The position numbers and the translations under genes were made by a program. Under the pieces are notes generated by a model. The model saw nothing but the letters and a program-made list of their open reading frames with translations. It had not been told where the DNA came from and searched no databases. Below, piece by piece: positions 1 through 11,727 of a stretch of DNA of 64,000 bases. This DNA comes from Squalus acanthias. Taxonomy: Eukaryota. The DNA is taken from assembly GCA_030390025.1 (NCBI GenBank), contig CM059438.1:66404001-66468000 (forward strand), read 5' to 3'. The first letter of the stretch is position 1. Each line of letters starts with the position of its first letter.

Positions 1-159
1 TGTACTGATTGCATCTGTTTATCAGTCACCCTGATTTCTGATGTTGTTTCTTTTTAAATAGAGATTTTCCTTTCACAAATTCTTCTATGACAATTGTTGT
101 GTAAGGTTCTTTAGGCCCAAATTCCCTCTATAGTGCCTTGCCCAACTGTCCATTTTATG

Positions 160-916
160 TGTGAATCTCAACAGAGTGTCAGCAGACTATTTGGCTACAT
201 GTGGCATCACAGCCAAGCACGATCTGTCCTTATGTTTTTTTTTTATTCGTTTATGGGATGTGGGCGTCGCTGGCAAGGCCAGCATTTATTGCCCATCCCT
301 AATTGCCCTTGAGAAGGTGGTAGTGAGCCGCCTTCTTGAACCGCTGCAGTCCATGTGGTGAAGGTACTCCCACAGTGCTGTTAGGTAGGGAGTTCCAGGA
401 TTTTAACCCAGCGACGATGAAGGATCGGCGATATATTTCTAAGTCAAGATGGTGTGTGACTTGGGGGGAACTTGGATGTGGTGGTGTTCCCATGCGCCTG
501 CTGCCCTTGTCCTTCTAGTTGGAAGAGGTCGCAGGTTTGGGAGGTGCTGCCGAAGAAGCCTTGGCGAGTTGCTGCAGTGCATCTTGTAGATAGTACACAC
601 TGCAGCCACGGTACACCGGTGGTGGAGGGAGTGAATGTTTAAGGTGGTGGATGTGGTGCCAATCGAGCGGGCTGCTTTGTCCTGGATGGACGTGATATCA
701 ACACATGTACATTTTGAGCAGGGGTTGCTGGACAGCAATCAGGATTGGAAATCCTGGTCAAATATCCTCTCCCTAACTGGGCACTAAAGTCAACTGTGGC
801 AACCCTGTTACCACACCAGGTGAGATTAGCTGGCTCAGCACAGACTGGTGAGCAAACCTTGGACCTTGCTGCTGTTCTGTGTGGCTGAGCTAACCACTTT
901 CTAAGCGCCCCTGAGC
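160..916 (-). mobile_element. Old LF-SINE-like tRNA-derived SINE, split by the LINE fragment at 236-689
   Basis: Degenerate motif gattagctggctcagcacagactggtgagcaaaccttggacc; similar sequence at 17040-18085. Family assigned from memory. Confidence 0.4.
236..689 (-). mobile_element. 3' end of a CR1-group LINE (ORF2 C-terminus plus short 3' UTR with A-rich tail)
   Basis: Minus-strand translations IQDKAARSIG..LNIHSLHHRCTVAAVCTIYKMHC and FIVAGLKSWNSLP match the C-terminal region of CR1/L2-group RTs; T-run at about 235-244. Confidence 0.75.
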
Positions 917-1009
917 ATGATAGATGATGTTCACTTATGATATATCCATTGTGTTTTTTCCAGTTATTGCACATTTTTACTGTGATGTAGTAATTAGCAA
1001 AAGGGTCAC

Positions 1010-1095
1010 AAGACCTGAAGCATTAACCCTACCTTCCTGTCCCCACAGATGCTGCCTGATATGCTGAGCGTTCCCAGCATTTTCTGTTTTTATAC
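1010..1095 (+). mobile_element. Decayed fragment of Penelope family-2 terminal repeat
   Basis: gacctgaagcattaac...ccacagatgctgcctgatatgctgagcgttcccagcattttctgttttta matches the right arm of 44087-44311. Confidence 0.7.
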
Positions 1096-1879
1096 CAGGT
1101 AATGTATTGTTGTCCAGAGGTCAAACAGAAAATGCTTGCTAAAGTAATTAGCTCACTGAATTGGCATCAGCTCTCTTGTGGTCTCCTAGTCATCAGATTG
1201 CAGAAGAATAAACACTCTATCAAACCATGTGACTTTGGCTCTAATCTACAAATCAGTTTTATTGAAGGTAACGGTTCAACAGCAGCATAAAGTCAATACA
1301 CTTGCTTACAGAATTTCTAATCTATGCCTCTGTAAATACAAGAACAACACACAATGCAACACTTCACTAACTTGCTGAATACGAAACTTGGACCAGCACC
1401 CGTAGAATAAACTCAGACTTGAAGTTTTGCCTGACTACCACAAAGTCTGTGAGTACATGCCTCTATCTTGATGAGCCCAGAAGAATTAATGAACTGGGTC
1501 CCTTCCCTTCAAAAACCTGTCTCCAGTGAACCAAGGTAACAATCAGCCAGATTAAATAGACTATGCACGTGGTCAATCAGGAAAATTAGGATATCAGGAG
1601 CAACTAGTGTCAAGGAAGCCTATTGCAGCAGTGTCATCGTGGGCCTAGTTTTCCTCTCAGTGCAATTTCTAGCCATACCTTCAGAGTATGGACTCTGCCT
1701 CATTCAGAGATCTGCACCTACAGTAACACAAATTTCAAATACCCAGTCAAATCTCACAGATACTGGAAATTAACTCATGGTTTGAATTGTGACAAAACTC
1801 CTACTCATCATACTGCTGCCTGGTATCAGTCCTGTGCCCCTATGTTCAACTAACACTGTTTAATTTCAAGTCGTGTTTG

Positions 1880-2460
1880 GATCGACTTTTATTGTGTTAA
1901 TATAGCTTTGTAAGGTCCCTTTTAGTCATCTCCTTTCAAGGCTGAAGAGCTCAGGTTTCTCCAGCACTTCATTATAACTCAGTTCTCTGATATTAGAGAT
2001 CAGTCTTCTGGCTTCTCACGATAGCATCTCCAGGGGCATGAATGTCCCAGTTCTACCTCGACAACAAGAATTGAATGCTTAAGCTGAAAGCAGTTCAAAG
2101 CACTGTAAAGTTTTAGCATTGCTTCTTTCAACTTGTGCTCACTTGTTTTGGCTATATAAATAAGCATTGGCTTGTTGATTGCTGCTCTATGTGATGGGAC
2201 CTGTTAAGTTCTGAGGTTATTGATGCCATGGGTCTCCTTTGACTTCATCCTTAGCTATTTCAACACCATAAAGTATGCATGCTGCCATTTTTTCTCTCTG
2301 TACACCGACATACAATTCAATTTCATCTGTCACTGTTCTGCCCATTTACACACTTTATCCACCTCCTTTCCTAAGTCCCTAGTCTGTTTCCTCAGATTCG
2401 ACTGCTCTCTCTACATTGACATTTTCAGCTGGTTTGACCAATTTGCAGTTGAGCTGCTGA
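1880..2460 (-). mobile_element. Highly degenerate CR1 ORF2 fragment
   Basis: Residual similarity to minus-strand CR1 copies, e.g. ctcctttcaaggctgaagag and ttcatctgtcactgttctgcccatt. Confidence 0.5.
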
Positions 2461-4217
2461 ATCCAAACGTCTTTGGGCTAGAAAATCGTTATAGCCAAGG
2501 AATGGGTGGTGTCAGTAGAAAAGTTGGAGAATTATCGCCAAGTGCCAATGCTTTAGACTGCACGGAAAATTATGATTGGAGTCCTAAATCAAGTCTTAAA
2601 ACCCAAGCTCATTGGCGTAACACTTAAAGGGTGGACCAATATCGGGTGCAGTCTAATCACAATTCATCATTGCCACAGTCTTTTTTCACTACTTAAAGGG
2701 GAGGTTCATTGATGCTGCAGCACCTCATTCTAGCACCAGTACTGGGGAAAGCGAGCGCTGTTCCATGGGGACTGGCTCCACTTAAACCAGGCTGGGAACA
2801 GTGTCCTGGTGAATCAAATAACTAGGGTGCTAGATAGGGATTTAAACTAATGAAGGGGGGGAGGAGTCAGGAAAGGGTAAATTCAAAAGCAGCAAGAGAA
2901 ATGTCAAGGCTGTAGAGCAGACTAGTGATCTGGGTAAAGATAAGCAGAGTGGGTCAGGAAGGGACAGAAAGACTAGTAAAGGTAATATGGCATTTGTGAC
3001 TAAAGTGACATCAGGGAAAAATAGAAAAAAGTTAAAGCTAAAGGTACCATATTTGAATACATGAAGCATTTGCAGCAAAACAGATGAATTAATAGCACAG
3101 ATAGAAATAGATGGGTTTGATTCAAGAGACATTACAGAGACGTGGTTCCAGAGTGACCAAGGTTGGGAATTAAATATTCCAGGATATTTGACTTTTAGAA
3201 GAGACAGGCAGAATGGAAAAGGAAAAGGGTAACCTTGATAATAAAGGAGGGAATAGAGACAGTGGAGAGAAAGGATCTTGGCTCAGAAAAACAAAATGTA
3301 GAATCAGTTTGGGTGGAGCTAAGAAACAACAAGGGGCAGAAAACATTAGTGGGAGTAGTCTATAGGCCCCCTAACAGTGGTTGTAGTGTCAGGCAGAGTA
3401 TAAATCAGGAAATTAGAGATGCATGTCACAAGAGTAATACAATAATCATGGGGGACTTTAACTTTCATATAGACTGGGAAAACCAAATTTGCAGAAATAG
3501 TGCAGAGGAAGAGTTCATGGAATACATTCAAGATAGTTTTCTAGATCAGTATGTCAAGGAACCTACTAGAGAATTAATTATTTTAGATCTAGTACTGTGC
3601 AATGAGACAGGGTTAATTAATAACCTTGTAGTAAAGGAGCCTCTGGGGAGCAGTGATCATAATATGATAGAATTTTATGTTGAGTTTGAGAGTGATTTAT
3701 TTAAGCCGAAACTAGGGTCCTAAACCTGAACAAAGCAAACTACGTAGGTATGAGAGGCGAGTTGGCTAAGGTAGGTTAGGAAACTAGATTAAAAGATATG
3801 ACAGCAGAAAAGCAATGGCAAACATTAAAAAAAATAATTCATAATTCACAACAAATATACATTCCCTTAAGGAATAAGAACACCACGGGAAAAATGGTCC
3901 AACCGTGGCTAACAACAGAAATTAAAGATAATATTAGATTAAAGGAAGAGGCTTATAATATTGGCAAAAAGAGTAGTAAGCCTGAGGATTGGGAGGACTT
4001 TAGAATTCAGCAAAGGAGGACCAAGAAATTGATAAAGAAAGGGATAATAGAATATGAGAGTAAACTAGCGAGAGACATAAAAACAGACTGTAAAAGCTTC
4101 TATAGGTATGTAAAAAGGAAAAGCTTAGCGAAAGTAAACGTGGGTCCATTACAGGCTGAGACAGGAGAAATTATAATGGGTAATAAGGAAATAGTGGAGA
4201 AATTAAACAAATACTTT

Positions 4218-5040
4218 GGGTTCAATTTTCACCGGCCCGTGGAGGCGGGTTTGGAGGCGTGTGGGGTGGGAAAATAGCAGATTCGGGGGTCCCGAACCCA
4301 TCCCGCCCCCAACCCGCCTCCATGCCAGTTTCCCAGGAGGCGGGTACCCAACCTGTGCTGGGACCCGCCTTCACGAGGCGGGAAGGGGATTAGTGCCAAT
4401 AAACTGCCTGTTAACAGGTAGTTAACAGGCAGTTTTTTGCCTAATTCCTATTTTTAGCCCTGAAGTGTGGGCTTCCCGACAGGTTTGAACCACGTCGATT
4501 TAGCAAGGCGGACCGTGGGTCTGGAGGGCTTGGAGGGGTCGAGGTGTCCGGTGTGCAGGTGAGTGATGGGTGCATGAGTGCAGAGGTAAGTGTGTTTGGT
4601 GTGTGTAAAGTGTTTTAAGAACTTTTACTTACCTTAACTTTGTCCTGCAAGCTTCCTTCCTTCAGTTCTCGGGAGTCCCTCAGCTCACCGGCACAGAAAG
4701 CAGAATGGCCGCGGAGCTGTCAAAAGCTGCAGTCTCTGCTTTCTGTGCTGGATTGATTTCTAACTGAGTCTAAGTACAGGGACTCAAGTTAGAAATCATA
4801 TTGTCAGTGTTTGACAGCTTCACAGAGCTGTCAAACGCTGAAATTTCATCTGTCAAAAGCTCTTGACAGATGAAATTTCAATGGCTGACGTCACCTGTAT
4901 CCAAGGGACCCTTGGGCGGGCTTAACAAGGTCAATCAAGGGAAAATACAGTGAGTTGGCCACAAGTCAATGGAGGCGGGACTACAACCCAAAAAGTGAGA
5001 GTCCCGCCTCCATCACGTCCCCATTGACAAAATCCAGCCC
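4218..5040. mobile_element. Harbinger-type MITE inserted in CR1 ORF2
   Basis: Ends GGGTTCAATTTT / AAAATCCAGCCC with TTT duplicated; removal restores CR1 KYF-VSVFT. Confidence 0.85.
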
Positions 5041-5331
5041 TTTGTGTCTGTCTTCACGGAAGAAGATGCAAAAGACCTGTCGGAAATAGTGGAAAATCAA
5101 GGATCTAGTGAGAATGAGGAACTGAAAGATATTAGAATTAGTAAAAAAACGTACTGGAGAAATTAATGGGACTGAAAGCCAATAAATCCCCTGGACCTGA
5201 TGGCCTACATCCTAGGGTTTTAAAAGAGGTGGCTATAGAGATATGATGTGGAGATGCCGGTGTTGGACTGGGGTGGACAAATGTGAGAAGTCGCACAACA
5301 CCAGGTTATAGTCCAACAGTTTTATTTGAAA

Positions 5332-5368
5332 TCACAAGCTTTCGGAGCGCTGCTCCTTCGTCAGGTGA
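5332..5368 (-). ncRNA. Minimal type I hammerhead ribozyme motif
   Basis: Minus strand TCAC-CTGACGA-a-GGAGC-agc-GCTCC-GAAA-GC-TT-GTGA: intact core, stem I TCAC/GTGA, 5-bp stem II, AAGCTT palindrome in place of stem III. Confidence 0.85.
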
Positions 5369-5385
5369 AGTCTCTTCACTTCACT

Positions 5386-5422
5386 TCACCTGACGAAGGA
5401 GCAGCGTTCCGAAAGCTTGTGA
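5386..5422 (+). ncRNA. Minimal type I hammerhead ribozyme motif
   Basis: TCAC-CTGACGA-a-GGAGC-agc-GTTCC-GAAA-GC-TT-GTGA. Confidence 0.85.
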
Positions 5423-7093
5423 TTTCAAATAAAACTGTTGGACTATAACCTGGTGTTGTGCGACTTCTCACAGCTATAGAGATAGTGGATGTATTGGTAG
5501 TCATCTTCCAAAATTCCATAGATTCTAGAATGGTTCCTGTGGATTGGAAGGTTGCAAGTGTAACCCCACTATTTAAGAAAGGAGGGAGAGAGAAAACGGG
5601 GAACTGCAGACCAGTTAGCCTGATATCAGTAGTATGGAAAATGCTAGAATCTATTATTAAGGACGTGGTAACAGGGCACTTAGAAAATAATAATAGGAAT
5701 GGGCAGAGTCAACACAGATTTATGAAAGGGAAATCATGTTTGACATATCTGTTAGAGTCTTTTGAGATTGTAACTAGCAGAATAGATAAGGGGGAACCAG
5801 TGGATGTGGTGTATTTGGATTTTCAGAAGGCATTCGATAAGGTGCCTCACAAGAGATTTTAAACAAAATTAGGGCTCATGGGATTGGGGGTAATATACTA
5901 ACATGGATTGAGGATTGGTTAACAGACACAAAACAGAGAGTAGGAATAAACGGGTCATTTTCGGGTTGGCAGGCTGTAACTAGTGGGGTACCGCAAGGAT
6001 CAATGGTTGAGCCTCAGCTATTCACAATCTATAACAATGATATGGATGAGGGGACCAAATGTAATATATCCAAGTTTGCTGATGATACAAAGCTAGGAGG
6101 GAATGTAAGTTGTGAGGAGGATGCAAAGAGGCTTCAAGGGGATATAGACAGGCTAAGTGAATGGGTAAGAACATGGCAAATGGAATATAATGTGGAGAAA
6201 TGTGAAGTTATCCACTTTGGTAGGAAAAATAGAAAAACAGTGTATTTTTTAAATGGTGAGAGATTGGGAAATGTTGGTGTTCAGAGGGACCTGGGTGTCC
6301 TTGTACGCGAATCACTGAAAGTTAACATGCTGGTACAGCAAACAATTAGTACAGCAAATGGTATGTTGGCCTTTATTACAAGAGGATTTGAGTATAAGAG
6401 TAAAGATGTCTTACTGCAATTATATAGGGCCCTGGTGAGACCACACCTGGAATATTGTGTACAGTTTTGGTCTCCTTACCTAAGGAAGGATATACTTGCC
6501 ATAGAAGGAGTGCAATGAAGGTTCACCAGACTGATTCCTGGGATGGGGGGATTGCCCTATGTGGAGAGATTGAGCAGAATGGACCTATATTCTCTAGAGT
6601 TTAGAAGAATGAGAGGTGATCTCATTGAAACATACAAAATTCTTACAGGGCTTGACAGGGTAGATTCAGGGAGGATGTTTCCCCTGGCTGGGGAGTCTAG
6701 AACCAGGGGTCACAGTCTCAGAATAAGGGGTCGGCCATTTAGGACTGAGATGAGGAGCAATTTCTTCACTCAGAGGGTGGTGAATCTTTGGAATTCTCTA
6801 CCTCAGACGGCTGTGGAGGCTCAGTCGTTGAGTATATTCAAGAGAGAGATCGATAGATTTTTGGATATTAAGGGAATATAGGGATATGGGGATAATGCAG
6901 GAAAGTGGAGTTGAGGTCGAAGATCAGCCATGATCTTATTGAATGACGGAGCAGGCTTGAGGGGCCGAATGGCCGACTCCTGCTCCTATTTCTTATGTTC
7001 TTATGTTCAGCATTGCTGGCTGTGTAGCTGCCTCAGCAAACAGAAGGAGAAGCAGAACAAGGAGAAGGCCAGAGGACTGAACCAGGTGAACTC

Positions 7094-7338
7094 ATGGCAG
7101 GTCCACGCTCCAGGGAGAGAGCCTGCAGATTCTCCGATGAAGCATTGGAGGCATTGGTTTTTGCTGTGGTGAGACGGAGGGAGGTGCTCTACCCGGCAAG
7201 TGGCAGGAGGCCCTCGCCACAAGTCTTCCGCACCATGTGGAGGGAGGTAGCGCAGCACGTCTCGGGCAGTACTGTGGTCCCCAGGACCCACACACAGTGC
7301 AGGAAGAAATTTAACAACCTCACTTGGGTGTGGTCAGG
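7094..7338 (+). pseudogene. Harbinger Myb/SANT-like DNA-binding protein exon 1 (copy A)
   Basis: RFSDEALEALV..VVRRREVLYP..WREVAQHVS..RTHTQCRKKFNNL is a trihelix Myb/SANT signature; downstream exons missing. Confidence 0.85.
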
Positions 7339-7699
7339 GTGAGGGAATGCTTCAACAAATGTGACATACCATCATCTGAACCTCAGTCTGCACACACTGC
7401 CCAAAGCACCACACCCCCAGCACTCACCCACCAACAATCTCTACCTACCAACACTCACACCCACATCTCACACCTTGCACACAATGACAGCTATTCAACT
7501 ATGGCCGGCACAAGTTTCATTCGTTATTAGAATTCGTGTGATATGTGTGATATGTTTAGAGATAAATTTACCAATGGTCTTTGGAATATTTTGTGGTCCC
7601 TCTCATTTCACCTTTGCGCCCAGGAGGACGCTGGGATACACCATGAGACAGGGATTGTATGATGGGAATGTGGTAAGCTACGGGGATCTGGGGTTTCCT

Positions 7700-8897
7700 T
7701 GATGTGAATCAGAGTCTGATGAACCGGTCACGGACAGCCCGTCCAGATGGCTGATTGTTTCGCTGCCTCCTCCCTCCCTCCTGTTCCTCCTCCTCCTCTT
7801 CCTCCTTGTCCTCCTCCCCATCCTCACCCTCCTCTGCCTCGTCCTCCTCCTGAGGTGGTCCCACAATCCCTGCTGGCAAAGTTGCGCCCTCATGATGGCC
7901 AAGTTGTGGAGCATGCAGCAGACCACCATGAAATGGGACACCCGCTCTGGCGAGTACCGGAGGGCTCCTCCCGAGCAGTCAAGGCAGCGGACCATTGCTT
8001 CAATAAGCCGATGGTCTGCTCGATGATGTTCCTGGTGGCAGCATGGCTCTCATTAAATTAGTGCTGGGCAGGAGTGTTGGGGTTGCGGAGGGGAGTCATG
8101 AGCCAGCTGGGGAGCAGATAGCCCTGGTCTCCCAGCAGCTAGCCGTGAGCTTGACATGGTGGCTGGAAGAGTGCTGGCACATTGGTTTGGCGCAGGATGA
8201 AGACATTATGGCTGCTGCCAGGATAGCGGGCATTGACGGCGAAGATTCGCTGTGTGTGGTCGCACAGCAACTGCACATTAACTGAGTGGTAGCCTTTGCG
8301 GTTATGGAAGGTCTCAGGATTGTTATGCAGTACCCGCAAAGCCATGTGGGTGTTGCTGATGGCGCCCTGCACCATAGGGAAGCCCATTATCCTGGCAAAG
8401 CCAGATGCACATTCGTCCTGCTTCTCTCTGGTGATTGGGAAGTCAGTGTAATCCCTTCTCCTACTGTAGAGAGCCTCAGTTATCTCCCGGATGCAGCGAT
8501 GGATGACGAACTGTGAGATGTTAGCTACGTCTTCTGTTGCAGACTGGAAGGATCTGCTGGTGAAGAAATTGAGGGCCACGGTGACCTTGACTGTCACTGG
8601 GAGAGCCGTGGTCACCCTGGTCTGAGGCTGGAGGTCTGGTTGCAGGAGGTGGCAGAGTTCTGTGACCACCTCCTTGGTGAAGCGAAGCCTTCTAATACAC
8701 TGCTCCTCTCTTAATTGAAGGTAGGAGAAGTGCTCTTGGAATACCCTTGGAGGGTAAGGCCACCTGGTGAGAGCCCTGATGGCCCTCCTCCTCCCTTGGT
8801 GCACATGTTCCTGTATTTCTTGCTGTCTACGCTCCCTCCACCATAGATCCTGGAGGGCGAGGTGGCATGCCTGTACAGCTTCCATTAATGTTACCAA
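7700..8897 (-). pseudogene. HARBI1-like DDE transposase (copy A), disrupted
   Basis: RLRFTKEVV, VKVTVALNFF, FPMVQGAISNTH (usual AIDxTH Asp lost), NRKGYHSVNVQ, YPGSSHN, CCMLHNL; split by stop/frameshift. Confidence 0.92.
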
Positions 8898-9612
8898 GTG
8901 TAGCAGTTTGAATCTTTGAAGAATAAATGTAGCTACTTTTTAGTTGCCACAAGACTCCTGATACAAAAGAACCTTGAAATTACTGAATGAAACTGTTGTA
9001 GTGGGTGAAACTAACAAAAAAAACAGTGAACTACACTAACCTGACAGCTGCGAGTGATTACTCATGATCCCTTTAAATAACTTCCCTGGAGCCGACTTCC
9101 TGGTGTTGCATGCCAGCTCTCCTTGTCGGTGTTTACTCCAGGTGGTGACGTAAGTGGCGAGAATCAATTTAGCAAATCGGGCGGTCAGTGAGTGTTGCAC
9201 ACTCACTGATGTCACGATCTACCTGCCGTTGACGTTCCCGACGATATCTCTCACTGGTGGTGCTGTTGGGGGGCTGGATTTGGCGTGCAGCACTGGATTC
9301 ACCTCGCCCCAGTGATACTGGTCTAGCGCCCCATTAGCGGCATCTACTGGCGCTAACGGGAGGTGCTAAGGGGAGGAATTTTTCCCCCTTTGTGTGTTAG
9401 AAACAATTGGAGTCGCAACACGTCCCGCCCTCCTCACATCACATCCTTTTTTTTGTTACTCCCATTATATCTCGAATCCCCACAGCTTTAAGCTTAACTG
9501 GCAACTTTTCCTGCAGAACCTGATCGCGGCTTTGTAGAAGTCTCGATGCACCACATCACAGAGCTTTCAACTTGGAAGCTTTTGTTGACAGTTTTGTGCT
9601 TCGAGGTTCTTT

Positions 9613-9809
9613 GGGCTAAAAATTGAGTAGCGCCCCCTTTGGGGCGCTAACTTCGCCGGGGCGCTACTTTTAGTAGTTGCTAAAGTGGTTTGAGTGGTAG
9701 CGCCCCAAGGGGAGGAAGGCCTGCAATATGGTGGGGGGATCTATGGTGGAGGGAGCCTCCCCCTCTTAGGGCGTTAACGGGAGGCGCAAAGCAACCAAAT
9801 TTTTCCCCC
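9613..9809. mobile_element. About 200-bp Harbinger mini-MITE
   Basis: GGGCTAAAAATT / AATTTTTCCCCC with TTT TSD; repeated (T)AGCGCC/GGCGCTA subterminal motifs; right end resembles 9330-9388. Confidence 0.85.
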
Positions 9810-10311
9810 TTTCTCTCTCTGTATATTTCTTTTAATTTTGATGGTTTTCATTTCGAATCTTTGTTGCAGTTTCATGTTGTTGAATTCTGACAGGTTTAAG
9901 ATTGGTATCCCTCTTCTGTCCATTGAAATGGGTGGAAGTAGTCGGGCAAGGTGACTTGTTTTGCCACACTGGTGGTGCAAGTTCAACAATTGCCAACACA
10001 CTGAGCACAGTAAGTCACTTGCTTGCCCTTTTCACATGCATTTTTAAGTTCTGTTCTCATTTGTTTGGAAGCAGAAGCCTGTTATCTTAAATAAACAATG
10101 GTAAAAAGTGAGGTAATAGGGTACTGCTAACATTGCACATCAACAAATGGATCAGTTTAAATGTTAAGAGCTTTGCATTAAATGTATGCCCATGATGTGA
10201 CAAAAACACAGCATTTTTCTCTATCATATATTTATTGTTTCTTTCTGCGACCCAACGAGTTAAAATGGGTGAACTTGTTTTTTGATAAAATAGCCACAAA
10301 ATATCGACATT

Positions 10312-11173
10312 GGCCCCGATATTTACTGGGGTGGAGTTTTGGAGCGGGGTGGGGGTGTGGTGGTGTTGGGGAAGGAGGAGTTATGGTCGGGCACCGGTGT
10401 GGAATTTTAACTCCGCGGCGTGCGTGTTTATTTTTGAACAGATTCCCTGCCCAGAAGCAAGTCTGATTGACGGGCTTAGCTGCCTGTTCGGCGGGGAACG
10501 CTCCAGGCTAGGCCACAGCCAGGAGCAGGTCGATTTAGTGGTTGTTGGGGGGCAGAGATCGCTGGTGGGTAGAGCACGGTTGGGGATGGTCAGGGTTGAT
10601 CGCGGGGTGGTCGAAAATTGCGGGGGGGTGGTGTCAGGGAGGGGGTGTTGGAGATCACGGGAGAGATCGGTGTTCGGTGACGCTGGGGTCGGTGATCAAG
10701 TGGGGTGGTTGGCGATCGCGGGGTAGGGGTCAGTGATGTGTGGGGGGTGGGTCAGTGATGGCAAGGGTGTCAGGGGGAGATCATGACGGTGGCGGGGGGA
10801 GGTTTACTGGGTAAGCTTGTTGGGCCTGGAGGAAACACTCCTGCTCCTCCTGGCCCAAAAGCAGTGCTGTAAAGACACGTACCTCATGGATTCAGCCCTT
10901 CTCGCCTCCTTTTACCAGCCGGGTGTCCTGAGGCCCTGAAAACCCGACTAAAAATCGAAATCCTGTTAAAATGGAAGCACTCAGCCTGCTTAAAAAGTTT
11001 CAACAGCTGTCCCGCCTTCTGAGAGTGGATTGGTTGCCTGCCCCTCGTCCCGCCGCCATTAAAATCGGAAATGGGAGTGATCGAAGTGGGTTGGGTTCCT
11101 GTTTCAGGTATTTAACATTTTAACTTCCCACCCGACCCAAACCCACCCATTTTTGGTTGTTAAAATGACCCCC
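10312..11173. mobile_element. Harbinger-type MITE with G-rich interior
   Basis: GGCCCCGATATTTA / TAAAATGACCCCC with ATT TSD (10309-11 and 11174-76); right part homologous to 55223-55517. Confidence 0.8.
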
Positions 11174-11598
11174 ATTGTGTCTGGACAGGTGTCTGATGGA
11201 GGCGCCATGCCGCTTGTGTATTTTATTTGTACAGACGTTTAATTGGCAGCTCTTTTTGAGTTTGAGGCATATATTAAAAAGATTTGTCCAATCATTTTTA
11301 TAAAAAAGTACTTCTTAGCTGGTCTTGCTCAAATTAAGTCATGACCTGAAGTCATTAGAGCAAGATAGGCCAGAGAGGCGCCATTGGTGGTCAGACACAA
11401 ACCACCACATAAAAGTTAATATTCAAGAACCTGGGCCGGAATTTCCTGTACCTGGGCGGGTCGGGTGCGGGCGGTCGGCGTGGCGGGTCACAAACCCTTT
11501 GTTGCTTCCATCCCACTGCTGAGATCGACTTTGTGTTAATGGGGCCTACTAAACCCGCGCTGCGTGTTACCCAGCCCGATTAAATGGCGCGGGTCTGA

Positions 11599-11638
11599 TG
11601 ACGTCATCCATGACACGTTATCAGGCGGGATATTTAAA
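11599..11638 (+). promoter_or_regulatory. Putative promoter of the Harbinger Myb gene (CRE + TATA-like box)
   Basis: TGACGTCA at 11599 and TATTTAAA at 11631, about 90 bp before ATG 11728; positionally conserved in copies C and D. Confidence 0.5.
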
Positions 11639-11727
11639 GGAGCCTTGGCCGCATAGCATTTGAAGGTTCAGCTAGGAGTGTGCAGGCTGCACACTGGAGG
11701 TTTTGATTGCCCCAAACAGTTGGAGAG

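Larger units (their letters stand above)
5244..5472. mobile_element. Non-autonomous palindromic Penelope family-1 insert
   Basis: TSD GCTATAGAGATA (5232-5243 and 5473-5484); about 90-bp inverted arms (5282-5371 and 5383-5472, one mismatch); arms match the PLE 3' end at 45833-45925. Confidence 0.92.
2733..7008 (+). mobile_element. 5'-truncated CR1 LINE (ORF1 esterase tail, disrupted ORF2 APE+RT, 3' UTR, (TTATGTTC)n tail)
   Basis: APE motifs VGVVYRPP, IMGDFNF, LGSSDHN; RT motifs YLDFQKAFDKVPH, SKFADDTKL; tail tcttatgttcttatgttc; several stops and frameshifts; two nested inserts. Confidence 0.95.
2475..9388. mobile_element. PIF/Harbinger transposon copy A (decayed; hosts a CR1 insertion)
   Basis: Ends GGGCTAGAAAATC (2475) and GAATTTTTCCCCC (9388), both flanked by TTT. 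Contains a Myb/SANT exon (+) and a transposase (-) in convergent orientation. Confidence 0.7.

Noticed and set aside
8139..8897. Host HARBI1 or NAIF1 orthologues
   Set aside because: Multiple disrupted copies inside TIR-bounded elements with lost catalytic residues; these are transposon copies, not domesticated genes.
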